DNA from: Geopsychrobacteraceae bacterium
GTDB taxonomy: Bacteria > Desulfobacterota > Desulfuromonadia > Desulfuromonadales > Geopsychrobacteraceae
DNA length: 64,000 bases
Direction of reading: 5' to 3'
Assembly: GCA_963676795.2 (NCBI GenBank)
Contig: CAXXTB010000002.1
Coordinates: 1,760,001-1,824,000, forward strand
In this document: positions 19,234 through 30,459 of the stretch, piece after piece
Layout of the letters: each line of letters opens with the position of its first letter
Numbering within the stretch: the first letter of the stretch is position 1
Position numbers and translations under genes: made by a program
The notes under the pieces: model-generated
Told to the model about the DNA's origin: nothing
The model's input: only the letters and a program-made list of their open reading frames with translations
Databases searched by the model: none

Positions 19234-20997
19234 ATGGACTGGCCCCCAATCGTAAAAGACCTGTCGCTCATACCAGTGCAGCCGAATCTGACCGACTACC
19301 AACAGGCTTGCGCCGGATTCTCCTGGGAATCTGTCCGGAATCACCTCGACGGTTTGCCCGCTGGCCGGGGGCTGAACATTGCTCACGAAGCTGTCGATCG
19401 TCATGCTGAGGGACCTCTGAAAAGCAAGGTAGCACTGCGCTGGCTGGGCAAAAACGAGGAACGGATCGACATCAGCTACTCTGAACTGAAAGATCAGTCC
19501 AACCGCTTTGCCAATATATTGAATAGCCTTGAAATCATGAAAGGCGAAAGGGTTTTCAGTCTCTGCGGCCGGATTCCTGAGCTCTATTTTGCTGCGCTGG
19601 GAACCCTGAAAAACACCAGCGTCTTCTGTCCGCTTTTTTCGGCCTTTGGTCCTGAGCCGATCGCTCAGCGTCTGCAGATCGGCGACGGAAAAGTGCTGGT
19701 CACATCCCAGCGCCTGTATCGCAAGAAGATCGCTGAGCTGCGCCCTGTCCTGCCTGCCCTCCGCTATGTTCTGCTTGTCGACAGTGATCAGGACCTGGAT
19801 GAGCAGACCCTCTCCCTGCCCCGGCTTATGGCGCAGGCGGACTCGAAGTTCAGCATTCCAGTGACGGCCCCCGATGACATGGCACTGCTCCATTTCACCA
19901 GCGGAACCACCGGCAAGCCCAAGGGCGCGATCCATGTCCATAATGCAGCCCTGACTCACTACCTGACCGGCAGCTATGTTCTCGATCTTCACCCCGACGA
20001 TATCTTCTGGTGCACAGCGGATTGTGGCTGGGTTACCGGCACCTCTTACGGCATCATATCGCCGTTACTCCACGGTATCACTAACATCGTCGACGAGGCC
20101 GATTTCGACACCGACCGCTGGTGCCGGACCCTCGCCGCTGAACGCGTCAACGTCTGGTACACGGCACCAACGGCGATCCGCATGCTGATGCGCAGCGGCA
20201 TCAAACCCCGCGAACACTACGACCTTTCCGCCTTGCGCCTGGTCCACAGCGTTGGCGAACCACTCAACCCTGAAGCTGTGGTCTGGGGGATTGAAGCCCT
20301 CGGCATTCCGATCCACGACAACTGGTGGCAGACAGAAACGGGCGGTATCATGATCGCCAACTACGCCGCCATGGAGATCCGCCCGGGATCCATGGGCCGG
20401 CCACTGCCCGGAATCGAAGCCGCAATCGTTCATCGAACGGACTCATCTCAAGTCGTCATTGAAGATCAGCCCGATAGCGAAGGAGAACTGGCCCTGCGCT
20501 CCGGCTGGCCTTCGATGTTTCGCGGCTACCTGCATGAAGACGAGCGCTACCGCAACTGTTTTGCCGGCGACTGGTATATCACCGGAGACCTGGCCAGACG
20601 TGACGCCGACGGCTATTTCTGGTTTGTCGGCCGCGCCGACGACATCATCAAGACATCCGGTCACATGGTCGGCCCGTTTGAAGTTGAAAGTGCCCTGATG
20701 GAGCATCCGGCGGTCGCAGAAGCAGGAGTCATCGGCAAACCGGAGCCGACGATCGGTGAACTGGTCAAAGCCTTTGTGGCTCTCAAACCCGGGGTTCAGC
20801 CAAGTGACGAGCTGCGGCTGGAACTCATCGGTTTTACCCGCAAGAAACTGGGTTCGGCGGTAGCACCCAAAGAGATTGAATTCGCGTCCAGCTTGCCCAA
20901 AACCCGCAGCGGCAAGATCATGCGCCGCTTGCTCAAAGCCCGTGAGCTGGGTCTCCCCGAAGGGGACACCTCAACCCTGGAAGGAGAGCATCCATGA
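19234..20997 (+). CDS. acsA: Acetate--CoA ligase (acetyl-CoA synthetase)
   Basis: [76 protein letters not shown]. Confidence 0.93.
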   Translation: MDWPPIVKDLSLIPVQPNLTDYQQACAGFSWESVRNHLDGLPAGRGLNIAHEAVDRHAEGPLKSKVALRWLGKNEERIDISYSELKDQSNRFANILNSLEIMKGERVFSLCGRIPELYFAALGTLKNTSVFCPLFSAFGPEPIAQRLQIGDGKVLVTSQRLYRKKIAELRPVLPALRYVLLVDSDQDLDEQTLSLPRLMAQADSKFSIPVTAPDDMALLHFTSGTTGKPKGAIHVHNAALTHYLTGSYVLDLHPDDIFWCTADCGWVTGTSYGIISPLLHGITNIVDEADFDTDRWCRTLAAERVNVWYTAPTAIRMLMRSGIKPREHYDLSALRLVHSVGEPLNPEAVVWGIEALGIPIHDNWWQTETGGIMIANYAAMEIRPGSMGRPLPGIEAAIVHRTDSSQVVIEDQPDSEGELALRSGWPSMFRGYLHEDERYRNCFAGDWYITGDLARRDADGYFWFVGRADDIIKTSGHMVGPFEVESALMEHPAVAEAGVIGKPEPTIGELVKAFVALKPGVQPSDELRLELIGFTRKKLGSAVAPKEIEFASSLPKTRSGKIMRRLLKARELGLPEGDTSTLEGEHP

Positions 20998-21965
20998 ATG
21001 AACAGGAATACCAGCTCCACCTGCTCAGGCAGATGCTGCGCATTCGCCGCTTCGAGGAAAAATCGGCGGAGCTCTACAGCCTGACGAAAATCAGGGGCTT
21101 TCTGCACCTCTACATCGGTGAGGAGGCAGTCGCGGTTGGAATCAGCGAAGCGCTTTCAGCCGCAGATGCTTTAGTTGCAACCTACCGTGAGCATGGCCAT
21201 GCGATTGCCCGCGGCATGGCCATGGGACCGGCAATGGCCGAGATGTACGGCAAGGTCACGGGCTGCTGCAGGGGCCGCGGCGGTTCCATGCATCTGTTCG
21301 ATGCTCAGCATCGGCTCTATGGCGGCAACGCCATCGTTGGCGGCGGCCTGCCGATAGCGGTCGGCCTGGCCCTGGCTGACCGGATGCAGCAGCGAAACCA
21401 GGTGACCTGCTGTTGTTTTGGCGAAGGTGCCGTGGCCGAAGGAGAGTTTCATGAAGCGATGAATCTTGCGGCCCTCTGGCAACTTCCGGTCCTGTTTGTC
21501 TGCGAAAACAATCTCTACGCCATGGGCACCGCGCTGATCCGTTCCGAATCGATGATCGAACTGACCCGCAAGGCAGACGCCTACGGAATGACAGCGGCAT
21601 CGGTCGACGGTATGGATGTGCTCGCCGTTGCAAATGCGGCCCGTGCCGCCAGAGAGCAGATCATCACGACCGGGATGCCCTTTTTCCTGGAATGCAAAAC
21701 CTATCGTTTCCGACCCCATTCAATGTTTGACCCGGAACTTTACCGCTCCCAGCAAGAGGTCGACCAATGGAGACAACATGACCCGATCCAGACACTCAGC
21801 GACAAACTCAAAGAGCATGGCTGGATCACTGAACAAAAGCTGAACCAGTTGGAGGCAGAAATCGCGGCTGAAATCGCCGAAGCGGTTGACTTCTCCGAAC
21901 AAAGCGACTGGGAAGCGGTCAGCGAACTGACCCGCTTTGTCTATTCCGATCCGGAGGCGCAATGA
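20994..21965 (+). CDS. pdhA: Pyruvate dehydrogenase E1 alpha subunit
   Basis: [30 protein letters not shown] motif GEGA...[12 protein letters not shown]. Confidence 0.92.
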   Translation: MNEQEYQLHLLRQMLRIRRFEEKSAELYSLTKIRGFLHLYIGEEAVAVGISEALSAADALVATYREHGHAIARGMAMGPAMAEMYGKVTGCCRGRGGSMHLFDAQHRLYGGNAIVGGGLPIAVGLALADRMQQRNQVTCCCFGEGAVAEGEFHEAMNLAALWQLPVLFVCENNLYAMGTALIRSESMIELTRKADAYGMTAASVDGMDVLAVANAARAAREQIITTGMPFFLECKTYRFRPHSMFDPELYRSQQEVDQWRQHDPIQTLSDKLKEHGWITEQKLNQLEAEIAAEIAEAVDFSEQSDWEAVSELTRFVYSDPEAQ

Positions 21966-22954
21966 TGGGTGAGCAACGCCTGAAAACAACCTATCGGGAA
22001 GCCGTTCGCTCTGGTTTACGCGATGCACTGTTGCGCGACGAGCGGGTCTTCCTGATGGGCGAGGATGTCGGCTGCTACGGCGGCTGTTTTGCCGCCAGCA
22101 AGGGGTTGCTGGACGAATTCGGTCCGGAGCGGATTCGCGATACGCCACTGTCCGAATCGACCTTCACCGGGGCAGGGATCGGCGCCGCCCTGGGGGGAAT
22201 GCGCCCAATCGTTGAAATTATGACAGTCAATTTCAGCCTGTTGGCCCTTGATCAGATCGTCAACAACGCGGCGACCTATCTGCATATGTCGGGCGGACAG
22301 TTTAACGTACAGCTGGTCATCCGCATGGCGACCGGCGGCGGCAAACAGCTTGCCGCCCAGCATTCTCACAGTCTGGAAGGTTTGTATGCACATATCCCCG
22401 GCATCAAAATTCTCTGTGCAGCAACCCTGGAAGATGCCCGGGGAATGCTCTGGAGCGCCCTGCAGGATCCCGACCCGGTGTTGATCTTCGAGCCCTCGGT
22501 TCTCTACCCCATGGAGGGGGAATTGGCGGCCGACGCCGGCGCAGTCGCTATCGACCGGGCCAGACTCCATCGCCAGGGCAAAGACCTGACCTTGATCAGC
22601 TATGGCAGCTGCCTGTACAAATGCCTGGATGCAGCTGACACTCTGGCCGCTGAAGGGATTGAGACCGAACTGATCGACCTGCGTGTCCTGCGTCCGCTCG
22701 ACGAGCAGACATTCCTGACCTCGGTCGAAAAGACCCACCGTGCCCTGATCGTTGACGAAGGCTGGCGCAGTGGCAGTCTTGCCGCCGAAATCAGCGCCCG
22801 GATCATGGAGCAGGCCTTTTACAACCTCGATGCGCCTGTCGAACGGATCTGCAGTGCCGAGGTGCCGATGCCCTACGCCAAACATATGGAGGAGGCGGCC
22901 CTGCCCCAGGTGGAAGAGATCGTCAAAACAGCAAGGAGGATGGTGCGTGGCTGA
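21962..22954 (+). CDS. pdhB: Pyruvate dehydrogenase E1 beta subunit
   Basis: [43 protein letters not shown]. Confidence 0.92.
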   Translation: MMGEQRLKTTYREAVRSGLRDALLRDERVFLMGEDVGCYGGCFAASKGLLDEFGPERIRDTPLSESTFTGAGIGAALGGMRPIVEIMTVNFSLLALDQIVNNAATYLHMSGGQFNVQLVIRMATGGGKQLAAQHSHSLEGLYAHIPGIKILCAATLEDARGMLWSALQDPDPVLIFEPSVLYPMEGELAADAGAVAIDRARLHRQGKDLTLISYGSCLYKCLDAADTLAAEGIETELIDLRVLRPLDEQTFLTSVEKTHRALIVDEGWRSGSLAAEISARIMEQAFYNLDAPVERICSAEVPMPYAKHMEEAALPQVEEIVKTARRMVRG

Positions 22955-24071
22955 ATTCGTCATGCCCAGCCTGGGCGCCGACATGAAAAACGGAATTCTG
23001 GTCGACTGGCGGGTCAAACCCGGCGATCAAGTCAAGCGTGGCGATATTATCGCCGATATCGAAACCGACAAGGGGGTTTTTGAAGTCGAGGTCTATAGCG
23101 ACGGCGTCATCGACCGCCTGCTGGTTGAACCCGGAGGAGACAAAATCCCGGTCGGGACCGTGCTGGCGACCATCGCTTCAGCAACAGAACAACCAACCTT
23201 TGCACCAGCCCAGTCAACCGAGCGCCGCATCAAAGCCTCCCCCGCAGCCAGAAAACTAGCGGCCGAACACCAGATCGATCTGAGCAGGGTCAGCGCGAGC
23301 GGTGCGGGCGGAGCAATCACCCTGGCAGACATCGAGACGGCGATCAAGACCGCCACACAAGAGCAGATCAACCCGCCGTCAGCACCACCGGAGCGGCCAA
23401 AAGCGTCCGCAGAGGGGCTGCGCAAAGCGATCGCCGCAGCCATGAGCCTGGCCAATCGCGAGATCCCCCACTACTACCTGGCCACGGAAATCGACATGAG
23501 CCGCGCGCTGGCCTGGCAGGAAGAATACAACCGCCAGCATCCTATCAGCGAGCGCCTGCTGCCGGTCGTGTTGCTTTTGAAAGCGACAGCACTGGCGTTA
23601 ACCAGGATTCCGGAGCTCAACGCTTATTGGGTCGATGGCAAGCCTGTCATCAGACCCGAAGTAAATATCGGCTTTGCCGTCGCTTTACGCGGCGGCGGAC
23701 TGATCACACCGGCTCTGGCCAACGTCGATCGCTTAAGCCTTGCCCAGCTGATGAGCGCCATGAGCGATCTGATCAGCCGCACCCGCGCCGGAAAACTACG
23801 CGCATCCGAGCTGACCAGCGCCGGCATCACGGTGACCAGCCTCGGCGATCTCGGTGTCCGCAGCGTCTTTGGCGTCATCTATCCACCCCAGGTCGCCCTG
23901 GTCGGGTTCGGCCGCATCAGCGAACGCCCCTGGGCCGAAAATGGCGCCATCAGCGCCCGTCCGATTTTGACCGCGACCCTCGCGGCGGATCACCGGGCCA
24001 GTGATGGCCACCTGGGGGCGAGGTTTCTCGACACCCTGGATAAACTTCTACAGGAGCCTGAAAAACTATGA
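22947..24071 (+). CDS. pdhC: Dihydrolipoamide acyltransferase E2
   Basis: Single lipoyl domain (IETDKG), binding domain ASPAARKLA, catalytic DHRASDG; GTG start with AAGGAGG RBS. Confidence 0.9.
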   Translation: MAEFVMPSLGADMKNGILVDWRVKPGDQVKRGDIIADIETDKGVFEVEVYSDGVIDRLLVEPGGDKIPVGTVLATIASATEQPTFAPAQSTERRIKASPAARKLAAEHQIDLSRVSASGAGGAITLADIETAIKTATQEQINPPSAPPERPKASAEGLRKAIAAAMSLANREIPHYYLATEIDMSRALAWQEEYNRQHPISERLLPVVLLLKATALALTRIPELNAYWVDGKPVIRPEVNIGFAVALRGGGLITPALANVDRLSLAQLMSAMSDLISRTRAGKLRASELTSAGITVTSLGDLGVRSVFGVIYPPQVALVGFGRISERPWAENGAISARPILTATLAADHRASDGHLGARFLDTLDKLLQEPEKL

Positions 24072-24325
24072 CCGAGGCAGATATCAGAACCCTCATTTTC
24101 GAAATAATTGTCCAGATCGCCCCAGAAATCGATTCCGCCGATATCTCAGCGACCGAGAACCTGCGCGAGGAACTGGATATCGACTCCTTCGATTTTCTGA
24201 AGCTGCTGATTGCCCTGAGTGAACAGCTCAGCATAGAGATCCCGGAACAGGATTACGAACGCCTGATCAGCCTGAATGACCTTGTGACCTATCTCAAAGA
24301 CAGGCTTTCTGAAAACAAAACCTAA
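24068..24325 (+). CDS. Acyl carrier protein (phosphopantetheine-binding)
   Basis: Acidic 85-aa protein with LDIDSFDF phosphopantetheine-Ser motif and IEIPEQDY; ATGA overlap with E2. Confidence 0.88.
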   Translation: MTEADIRTLIFEIIVQIAPEIDSADISATENLREELDIDSFDFLKLLIALSEQLSIEIPEQDYERLISLNDLVTYLKDRLSENKT

Positions 24326-24486
24326 GTCGCGTAATACGGCCCGTTTTCGCGCAAATCAGGACGTAACCCATGACTCACCAGCCATTGAAGACAGCGGCTA
24401 AAATGCTAGACTTTAACTAGTTACCGTCCGGAAACTCTGGATGGCAACAAATGAAATACCTGCCTTTCCTGCAAAGGAGGCCTCGG

Positions 24487-25599
24487 ATGGAGGATATCTT
24501 CAGATTTACCGACAATATCGGCCCTGCCAAGATCATCCATATTTATCAACCTGCGATTCAACTTAAAGCGGTACTGGTCATTGACAATGTCGCCTGCGGG
24601 CCGTCAATAGGTGGCATCCGCATAGCGGCCGATGTCAGCACGGAGGAATGCTTCAGACTGGCACGGGCCATGACCATGAAAAACGCCGCCGCCGGGCTCA
24701 CCCATGGTGGCGGTAAAACTGTCGTCTATGGCGACCCTAAGATGCCTCGCACCAAGAAGGAAGTCCTGATCCGGGGATTGGCTCAGGCGCTGCGCGATTG
24801 CAAGGATTACATCCCCGGTCCGGATATGGGGACCGATGAAGAATGTATGGCCATGATCAAGGATGAAATCGTCCGTGCCGTTGGACTGCCACGGGAAATT
24901 GGCGGTATCCCGCTTGACGAAATCGGGGCAACCGCCTGGGGAGTCGATAACGCGACGGAGATCGCCCTGAAGTATTGTCATTTTGAACTCAAGGGGGCCC
25001 GCCTGGTTATCCAGGGGTTCGGTGCCGTCGGTAAACACACGGCGCGCTTTCTCACTGAAAAGGGGGCCGTTCTCATTGGTGTTTCCGATTCCGGAGGAGC
25101 GCTTTACAACCCCGCAGGACTTGAGATAGCCACTCTGATTGCCCTCAAAGACGAGGGGAAAAGTGTCTCCGATTCCCCTGACGGCCAGAAACTGGGCAGC
25201 GATGCACTGATCGATATCGACTGTGACATCTGGATCCCGGCTGCCCGCCCGGACATCATCCATATGGACAATGTTGAACGCCTGCGAACCAAGCTGATTG
25301 TCGAGGGGGCCAACATTCCCATCACCCGCGATGCAGAAATTTATCTGCATGAAAAAGGGGTGTTATGTATCCCCGATTTTATCGCCAATGCGGGGGGAGT
25401 CATCTGCGCCGCCATGGAATATCAGGGGGCCTGTGAATCGACAGCCATGCAGGCGATCGCGGAGAAAGTCCGGCGCAACACCGAATTGATCATGAAGGAG
25501 GTCAGCACCAGAGGGATCCCGCCTCGCCAGGCAGCCGAAGAGTTGGCTCTGGCGCGGATCACAAGAGCGATGTCGTTCAAACGCTGGGGAATCTTTTAG
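24487..25599 (+). CDS. Glu/Leu/Phe/Val dehydrogenase family protein
   Basis: GPSIGGIR, LARAMTMK, GGGK, PGPDMGT, QGFGAVG, VEGAN, IPDFIANAGGV; RBS AAGGAGG. Confidence 0.92.
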   Translation: MEDIFRFTDNIGPAKIIHIYQPAIQLKAVLVIDNVACGPSIGGIRIAADVSTEECFRLARAMTMKNAAAGLTHGGGKTVVYGDPKMPRTKKEVLIRGLAQALRDCKDYIPGPDMGTDEECMAMIKDEIVRAVGLPREIGGIPLDEIGATAWGVDNATEIALKYCHFELKGARLVIQGFGAVGKHTARFLTEKGAVLIGVSDSGGALYNPAGLEIATLIALKDEGKSVSDSPDGQKLGSDALIDIDCDIWIPAARPDIIHMDNVERLRTKLIVEGANIPITRDAEIYLHEKGVLCIPDFIANAGGVICAAMEYQGACESTAMQAIAEKVRRNTELIMKEVSTRGIPPRQAAEELALARITRAMSFKRWGIF

Positions 25600-25623
25600 C
25601 CAGTTTTGCGTACTGGAGGCTGC

Positions 25624-26544
25624 ATGTATCGTATCCGCTTTCACGGCCGGGGCGGCCAGGGGATAAAGACAGCGAGCCGCATCCTTGGAACAGCCTTTTT
25701 CCTCGAAGGTTTCGAGGTGCAGGATGCGCCCCGTTACGGAGCCGAGCGCCGTGGCGCACCGATCTTCGCCTATGTCCGCGCCGATCATCGTCAAATCAAT
25801 GAGCGTGGCATCATTCATTCGCCCGACCTGGTCGTTGTTGCCGATGAAACCCTGCTCGGCATTCCGGCAGCCGGTGTGCTGCAGGGCATCGCGCAGAACA
25901 GCGTCATCCTTATCGCCAGCAATCAGCCAGCAGAAGCCCTTATAGACCGCTATCCCCTGCCAGGAAAGGTTGTCACACTTCTGCCCGCGCATGCTACCCA
26001 GTCACACAGCACCCTTGCCGGCGTGGCCTGTGCCGGTGGTGCAGCACGGCTGACCGGTGTCATTAGCGAGGAAAGCCTCAAAGAGGCTATCCGTCAGGAA
26101 CTGTCCGATCACGGCCAGATTGCAGTCACAGACAACATCGCCATGGCCACGGCTGGCTACGCTCAGCTGGCCAGCGACAGCGGGATGGTGGTAGCAGATT
26201 CCGTGGGCAACTACCCCCTGAAAAAACCAGACTGGATCAATCTGCCCTTTGACGAAGCGCGTCTGGCAGCACCAGCCATCCATACCACACTGACCAGCGA
26301 AAAGGTCAAAACCGGACTATGGCGCAGTCTGCGGCCGGTCATCGACCGGCACAGCTGCCGTCGTTGCAGCCTGTGTTGTCAGCTCTGCCCTGAAGGCGCC
26401 ATCCATCTTGATCCGCAGGGCTGGCCCGAAATCGACTATGAACACTGCAAGGGCTGCCTGATCTGCCAGGAACAGTGCCCGGCCAAAGCGATAATCGCCG
26501 TTGCGGAAGGACAGCCAGAGAGTCGAACGGGAGGTGGGCCATGA
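25624..26544 (+). CDS. 2-oxoacid:ferredoxin oxidoreductase gamma-delta fusion
   Basis: RIRFHGRGGQG and YGAERRGAP (gamma) fused to TGLWR..RP with CRRCSLCCQLCP and CKGCLICQEQCP (delta). Confidence 0.9.
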   Translation: MYRIRFHGRGGQGIKTASRILGTAFFLEGFEVQDAPRYGAERRGAPIFAYVRADHRQINERGIIHSPDLVVVADETLLGIPAAGVLQGIAQNSVILIASNQPAEALIDRYPLPGKVVTLLPAHATQSHSTLAGVACAGGAARLTGVISEESLKEAIRQELSDHGQIAVTDNIAMATAGYAQLASDSGMVVADSVGNYPLKKPDWINLPFDEARLAAPAIHTTLTSEKVKTGLWRSLRPVIDRHSCRRCSLCCQLCPEGAIHLDPQGWPEIDYEHCKGCLICQEQCPAKAIIAVAEGQPESRTGGGP

Positions 26545-27764
26545 AACGGACACTGCTGACAGGCAATGGCGCGGCAGCCTGGGGCATGCGGCTGGCCAAG
26601 GCAGATTATCTGCCCGCCTTCCCCATCACCCCGCAGACCGAGATCATTGAGACGATCGCCAGGTGGATCGCAAGCGGAGAGGTCGACTGTCGCATGGTCA
26701 CTCTGGAATCCGAGCATTCCATGCTCACGGCGGCCGGTGCGGCCGCGGCGACCGGGGTCCGGGTTTTCAGTGCGACATCGAGCCAGGGGCTGCTTTACGC
26801 CATGGAGATGCTCTACACAGTTGCCGGCTGGCGTGCTCCCCTGGTGCTGGTCAACGTCTCGCGCGGCCTCTCGTCGCCGATCACCCTGGAACCGGATCAC
26901 AACGATATTTTAGCGGCCCGCGACAGCGGTTTTCTCCAGCTGCACTGTGCCAGCTGTCAGGAGGTTCTCGACAGCATCCTGCTCGCCTACCGTCTGGCGG
27001 AAGACAGCCGTGTCCGGCTGCCGGTCATTGTCAACCTGGACGGCTTCTACCTGTCCTTCACCAGGGAACCGGTGAGTATCCCGACAGCTGAAGCTGTGGC
27101 CAGATTCCTCCCTCCCTACGATCCACAGAATCTGCTCTTCAGCGCCAGTGCTCCCGCCAGTCACGCCGTCGCCGTGCTGGGTGGCGGAGCCTACTCCTAT
27201 TTCCGCTACCAGTGCCACCTGGCGGCGCAGAATGCACTTGAAGTTTTCAACTCTATCGGCTCGGAATTTGGTGATATTTTTGGTCGCAACTATGGTGCGG
27301 TTGAAGCCTATCGCTGCAGCGATGCCGATATCGCCCTGGTCATGATCGGCTCCTTTGCCAGCAAGGCCAGAGCGGCCGTAGACCGCTTGCGTGAAGATGG
27401 CCAGAGGGTCGGACTGCTGCGGCCACGGCTGCTGCGCCCCTTCCCGGCTTCGACACTGGCACGCCTGCTGGCAGGGAAGGCAGGTGTTGCGGTCATCGAT
27501 CAGAACATTTCACTGGGGGGAGGCGGCATCCTGCATGGGGAACTGGCGGCCGCCCTTTATGGCCAAACGGGTGCGCCCCCGATTCTGACCAGCTTCATCG
27601 GCGGGCTCGGTGGCCGCGACATCAACCTGGAGGAATTTGCCGAGATGGTTGCCGTGACGCGCAAAGCTGTTGCTGAGGTTTGTACACCGCCACCACGGCT
27701 ACTCTACTGCAAGGAAGAATTGCAGGAACTCAGGAAGATGCAACAGATTGCGGGGATGTTATGA
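26541..27764 (+). CDS. 2-oxoacid:ferredoxin oxidoreductase alpha subunit
   Basis: LTGNGAAA, AFPITPQTEI, LESEHSM, SATSSQGL, DGFYLS, GGLGGRD. Confidence 0.9.
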   Translation: MKRTLLTGNGAAAWGMRLAKADYLPAFPITPQTEIIETIARWIASGEVDCRMVTLESEHSMLTAAGAAAATGVRVFSATSSQGLLYAMEMLYTVAGWRAPLVLVNVSRGLSSPITLEPDHNDILAARDSGFLQLHCASCQEVLDSILLAYRLAEDSRVRLPVIVNLDGFYLSFTREPVSIPTAEAVARFLPPYDPQNLLFSASAPASHAVAVLGGGAYSYFRYQCHLAAQNALEVFNSIGSEFGDIFGRNYGAVEAYRCSDADIALVMIGSFASKARAAVDRLREDGQRVGLLRPRLLRPFPASTLARLLAGKAGVAVIDQNISLGGGGILHGELAAALYGQTGAPPILTSFIGGLGGRDINLEEFAEMVAVTRKAVAEVCTPPPRLLYCKEELQELRKMQQIAGML

Positions 27765-28678
27765 GCGAAACGAAATACCGAAGCCTGAAGGACCTGCCGA
27801 CCTCCCACCTGTTGGGAGCCGGTACCGCCACGTGTGCCGGCTGTGGCGGACTCGAAGCACTCCAGCACATCTACGATATCCTCGGTGAAAAGACCGTCGT
27901 TATCAACGCCGCCGGCTGCATGACCCTGCTGTCGGTCTATCCCTTCACCCCCTTCCGTGGCTCCTGGCTCTACACCGCCATGGCCTCGGCTCCAGCCGGC
28001 GCCCAGGGGGTCAGAGATGCCCTCGATATCCGGCTACGTAAAGGCCAGCTGGACAGCGCCGACGATCTGCAGACCGTCGTCCTGACCGGTGACGGCTCTG
28101 CTTACGGCATGGGACTGTCAGCCACCTCAGCCGCCATCGAACGCGGTCTCGATTTCATCTACATCTGCTACGACAACGAAGGATATGGCAATACCGGCCA
28201 CCAGACCTCGGCCGCCACCCCCCATGGGGCAAAAACGGCAACCTGCGCAGCGCAACATGGCGTCAGCGGCAGGAAAAAGGATCTATTTGCAATCTGGGTC
28301 GCTCACCGTCCGACCTATGTTGCCACTGTGGCTGGCTGCGAGCCCCTCGATCTGGCGCGAAAACTGGAAAAGGCCGTGCACTTGCAAGGCCCGCGTCTGA
28401 TCATTGCCCTGGCGCCCTGCCCCACCGGCTGGGGCTACGATCCGCAGCAGACGGTCGAAATCGGCAAGCTGGCCATCAACACCGGGATCTGGCCGCTCAA
28501 GGAATACCTAAATGGCACAGTCGCCCACACCCATATTCCACGAAAGCGTCTGCCGGCCTCGGACTACCTGCAACGCCAGGGCCGCTTCAGCCACCTGTTC
28601 TCACCGCATCACCAGCAGGAGACGATCAGCGAAATTCAGGAGCAGATTGATGCCTACTGGCAAAGCGTTACGGACTGA
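27761..28678 (+). CDS. 2-oxoacid:ferredoxin oxidoreductase beta subunit
   Basis: CAGCG, AAGCM, GDGS...YDNEGYGNTG, APCPTGW. Confidence 0.9.
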   Translation: MSETKYRSLKDLPTSHLLGAGTATCAGCGGLEALQHIYDILGEKTVVINAAGCMTLLSVYPFTPFRGSWLYTAMASAPAGAQGVRDALDIRLRKGQLDSADDLQTVVLTGDGSAYGMGLSATSAAIERGLDFIYICYDNEGYGNTGHQTSAATPHGAKTATCAAQHGVSGRKKDLFAIWVAHRPTYVATVAGCEPLDLARKLEKAVHLQGPRLIIALAPCPTGWGYDPQQTVEIGKLAINTGIWPLKEYLNGTVAHTHIPRKRLPASDYLQRQGRFSHLFSPHHQQETISEIQEQIDAYWQSVTD

Positions 28679-28714
28679 CTTCTCGAATGCGTAAAGAGTA
28701 GAGGGGGTACAACG

Positions 28715-30421
28715 ATGCGCAGTTTGACAACAAGCTATTATCACCGAGGAGCCACAATCCCCCTTTCCGGCCAGACGCTCCCGCAACACTTTGCCGATAT
28801 CGTCAAATTATTCCCGAACCGACAGGCCATTGTCTCTCGCCATCAGCACAGGAACCTGAACTATACCCAGCTCTCCAGCGCCATTGACGAGATCGCCCGC
28901 GGACTGCTCGGCCTGGGTTTCAGGCGCGGGGATCGCATCGGCATCTGGTCAACCAACAACATCGAATGGCTGCTGGTCCAGATGGCAACTGTCCGCATCG
29001 GTGCCGTGCTGGTCTGTATCAATCCGGCTTACCGTCGTGAAGAACTGGCCCACGCCCTGCAACGATCGGAGCTGCACGCCCTGGTCACCATCCCCTCTTT
29101 TCGCTCCAGTGATTATGTCAGCATGCTCACTGAGCTGGTGCCGCAACTCAAGCAGGAGGGAAAGAGCCTGTCAGCAACTGACTTCCCCTGTTTGCGCCGG
29201 GTGATCCTTTTTGATCCGCTGGACCCCGAACAGACCCGTCCACCACAGCCGGGCTTTACCCTCTGGTCCGAACTGCTAGAAGCCGCTGCGACAGTTGCAC
29301 AGGCCGGGCTGGATCTGCTGACAGCTGACCTCGACCCGGACGATCCGGTCGGCCTGCTCTACACCTCCGGGACCTTCGGTTTCCCGAAGACAGCGGTTCT
29401 CTCCCATCATAACCTGCTCAACAACGCCCGTTTTACCGCGATGAGGATGTACTTTGATGAACAGGACCGGCTCTGCGTTCCCGTACCCTTCTACCATTGT
29501 TTCGGCATGGTGCTGGCCAACCTGCTCTGCCTCACGACCGGAGCCTGCCTGATACTGCCTGACGAATATTTTAACCCACTCAAGGTGCTGCAGGCTGTAG
29601 AGGTGGAACAATGTACAGCGCTTCACGGGGTCCCGACCATGTTCGTCGCCGAACTGGAACATCAAGAGTTCAAAGACTTTGACTTAAGTTCTCTGCGCAC
29701 CGGGATCATGGCCGGAGCCCCCTGCCCGCCCGACCTGGTCAGAAGAGTCATCGAGGAGATGCCCTGCCCTGACATCCTGATCGGCTACGGCATGACCGAA
29801 GCCTCCCCCCTCACCCACCTGACCGCGCCGGAAGATCCCATGGAGATCCGTCTGGAAACTGTAGGCAGGAATCTGCCGCATCAGGAGGTCAAGATCATCG
29901 ATCCGGAGAGTGGCAAAACGAAAGCCATTGGCCAAAGCGGTGAGATCTGCTTTCGCGGTTACCATATCGCCAAAGGCTACTACGGGGATGAGCAGGCAAC
30001 CAGAGAAGCGATCGACGCAAACGGCTGGCTGCATTCAGGGGATCTGGGCGTCATGGATGAGCAAGGCTATGTCCGGATCACCGGGCGCAAGAAAGAGATC
30101 ATCATCCGCGGCGGCGAAAACATCTCTCCCTGGCAGATTGAACAGTGTCTCTTAAGTCATCCGCAGGTGGCAGAGGTTGCCGTCTTCGGTATCCCGGATA
30201 ACTACTTCGGTGAGGAGATCATGGCCTGGATCAGACTGAAGCCCGGTCAAAGGTCGACGGAACAGGAGCTTAAGGACTTCTGTCGCAACCGGATCGCCCA
30301 TTTCAAAATCCCCAAACAGATCCGGATTGTCGATGAGTTCCCGATGACCGTAAGCGGTAAACTGCAGAAATACCGGATGAGGGAAATAGCTATAACCACG
30401 CTGAAAAATGCTAAACTCTAA
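28715..30421 (+). CDS. AMP-binding acyl-CoA synthetase
   Basis: YTSGTFGFPK, PVPFYHCFGMV, GVPTMF, GYGMTEASP, GWLHSGDLG, IIRGGENI, FPMTVSGKLQK. Confidence 0.9.
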   Translation: MRSLTTSYYHRGATIPLSGQTLPQHFADIVKLFPNRQAIVSRHQHRNLNYTQLSSAIDEIARGLLGLGFRRGDRIGIWSTNNIEWLLVQMATVRIGAVLVCINPAYRREELAHALQRSELHALVTIPSFRSSDYVSMLTELVPQLKQEGKSLSATDFPCLRRVILFDPLDPEQTRPPQPGFTLWSELLEAAATVAQAGLDLLTADLDPDDPVGLLYTSGTFGFPKTAVLSHHNLLNNARFTAMRMYFDEQDRLCVPVPFYHCFGMVLANLLCLTTGACLILPDEYFNPLKVLQAVEVEQCTALHGVPTMFVAELEHQEFKDFDLSSLRTGIMAGAPCPPDLVRRVIEEMPCPDILIGYGMTEASPLTHLTAPEDPMEIRLETVGRNLPHQEVKIIDPESGKTKAIGQSGEICFRGYHIAKGYYGDEQATREAIDANGWLHSGDLGVMDEQGYVRITGRKKEIIIRGGENISPWQIEQCLLSHPQVAEVAVFGIPDNYFGEEIMAWIRLKPGQRSTEQELKDFCRNRIAHFKIPKQIRIVDEFPMTVSGKLQKYRMREIAITTLKNAKL

Positions 30422-30459
30422 AGAGCACGACATCCCAGCGCTGCGGAAGGAGAATCCAG

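Noticed and set aside
19129..23017. 287-aa and 333-aa minus-strand ORFs
   Set aside because: Antisense to acsA and pdhB.
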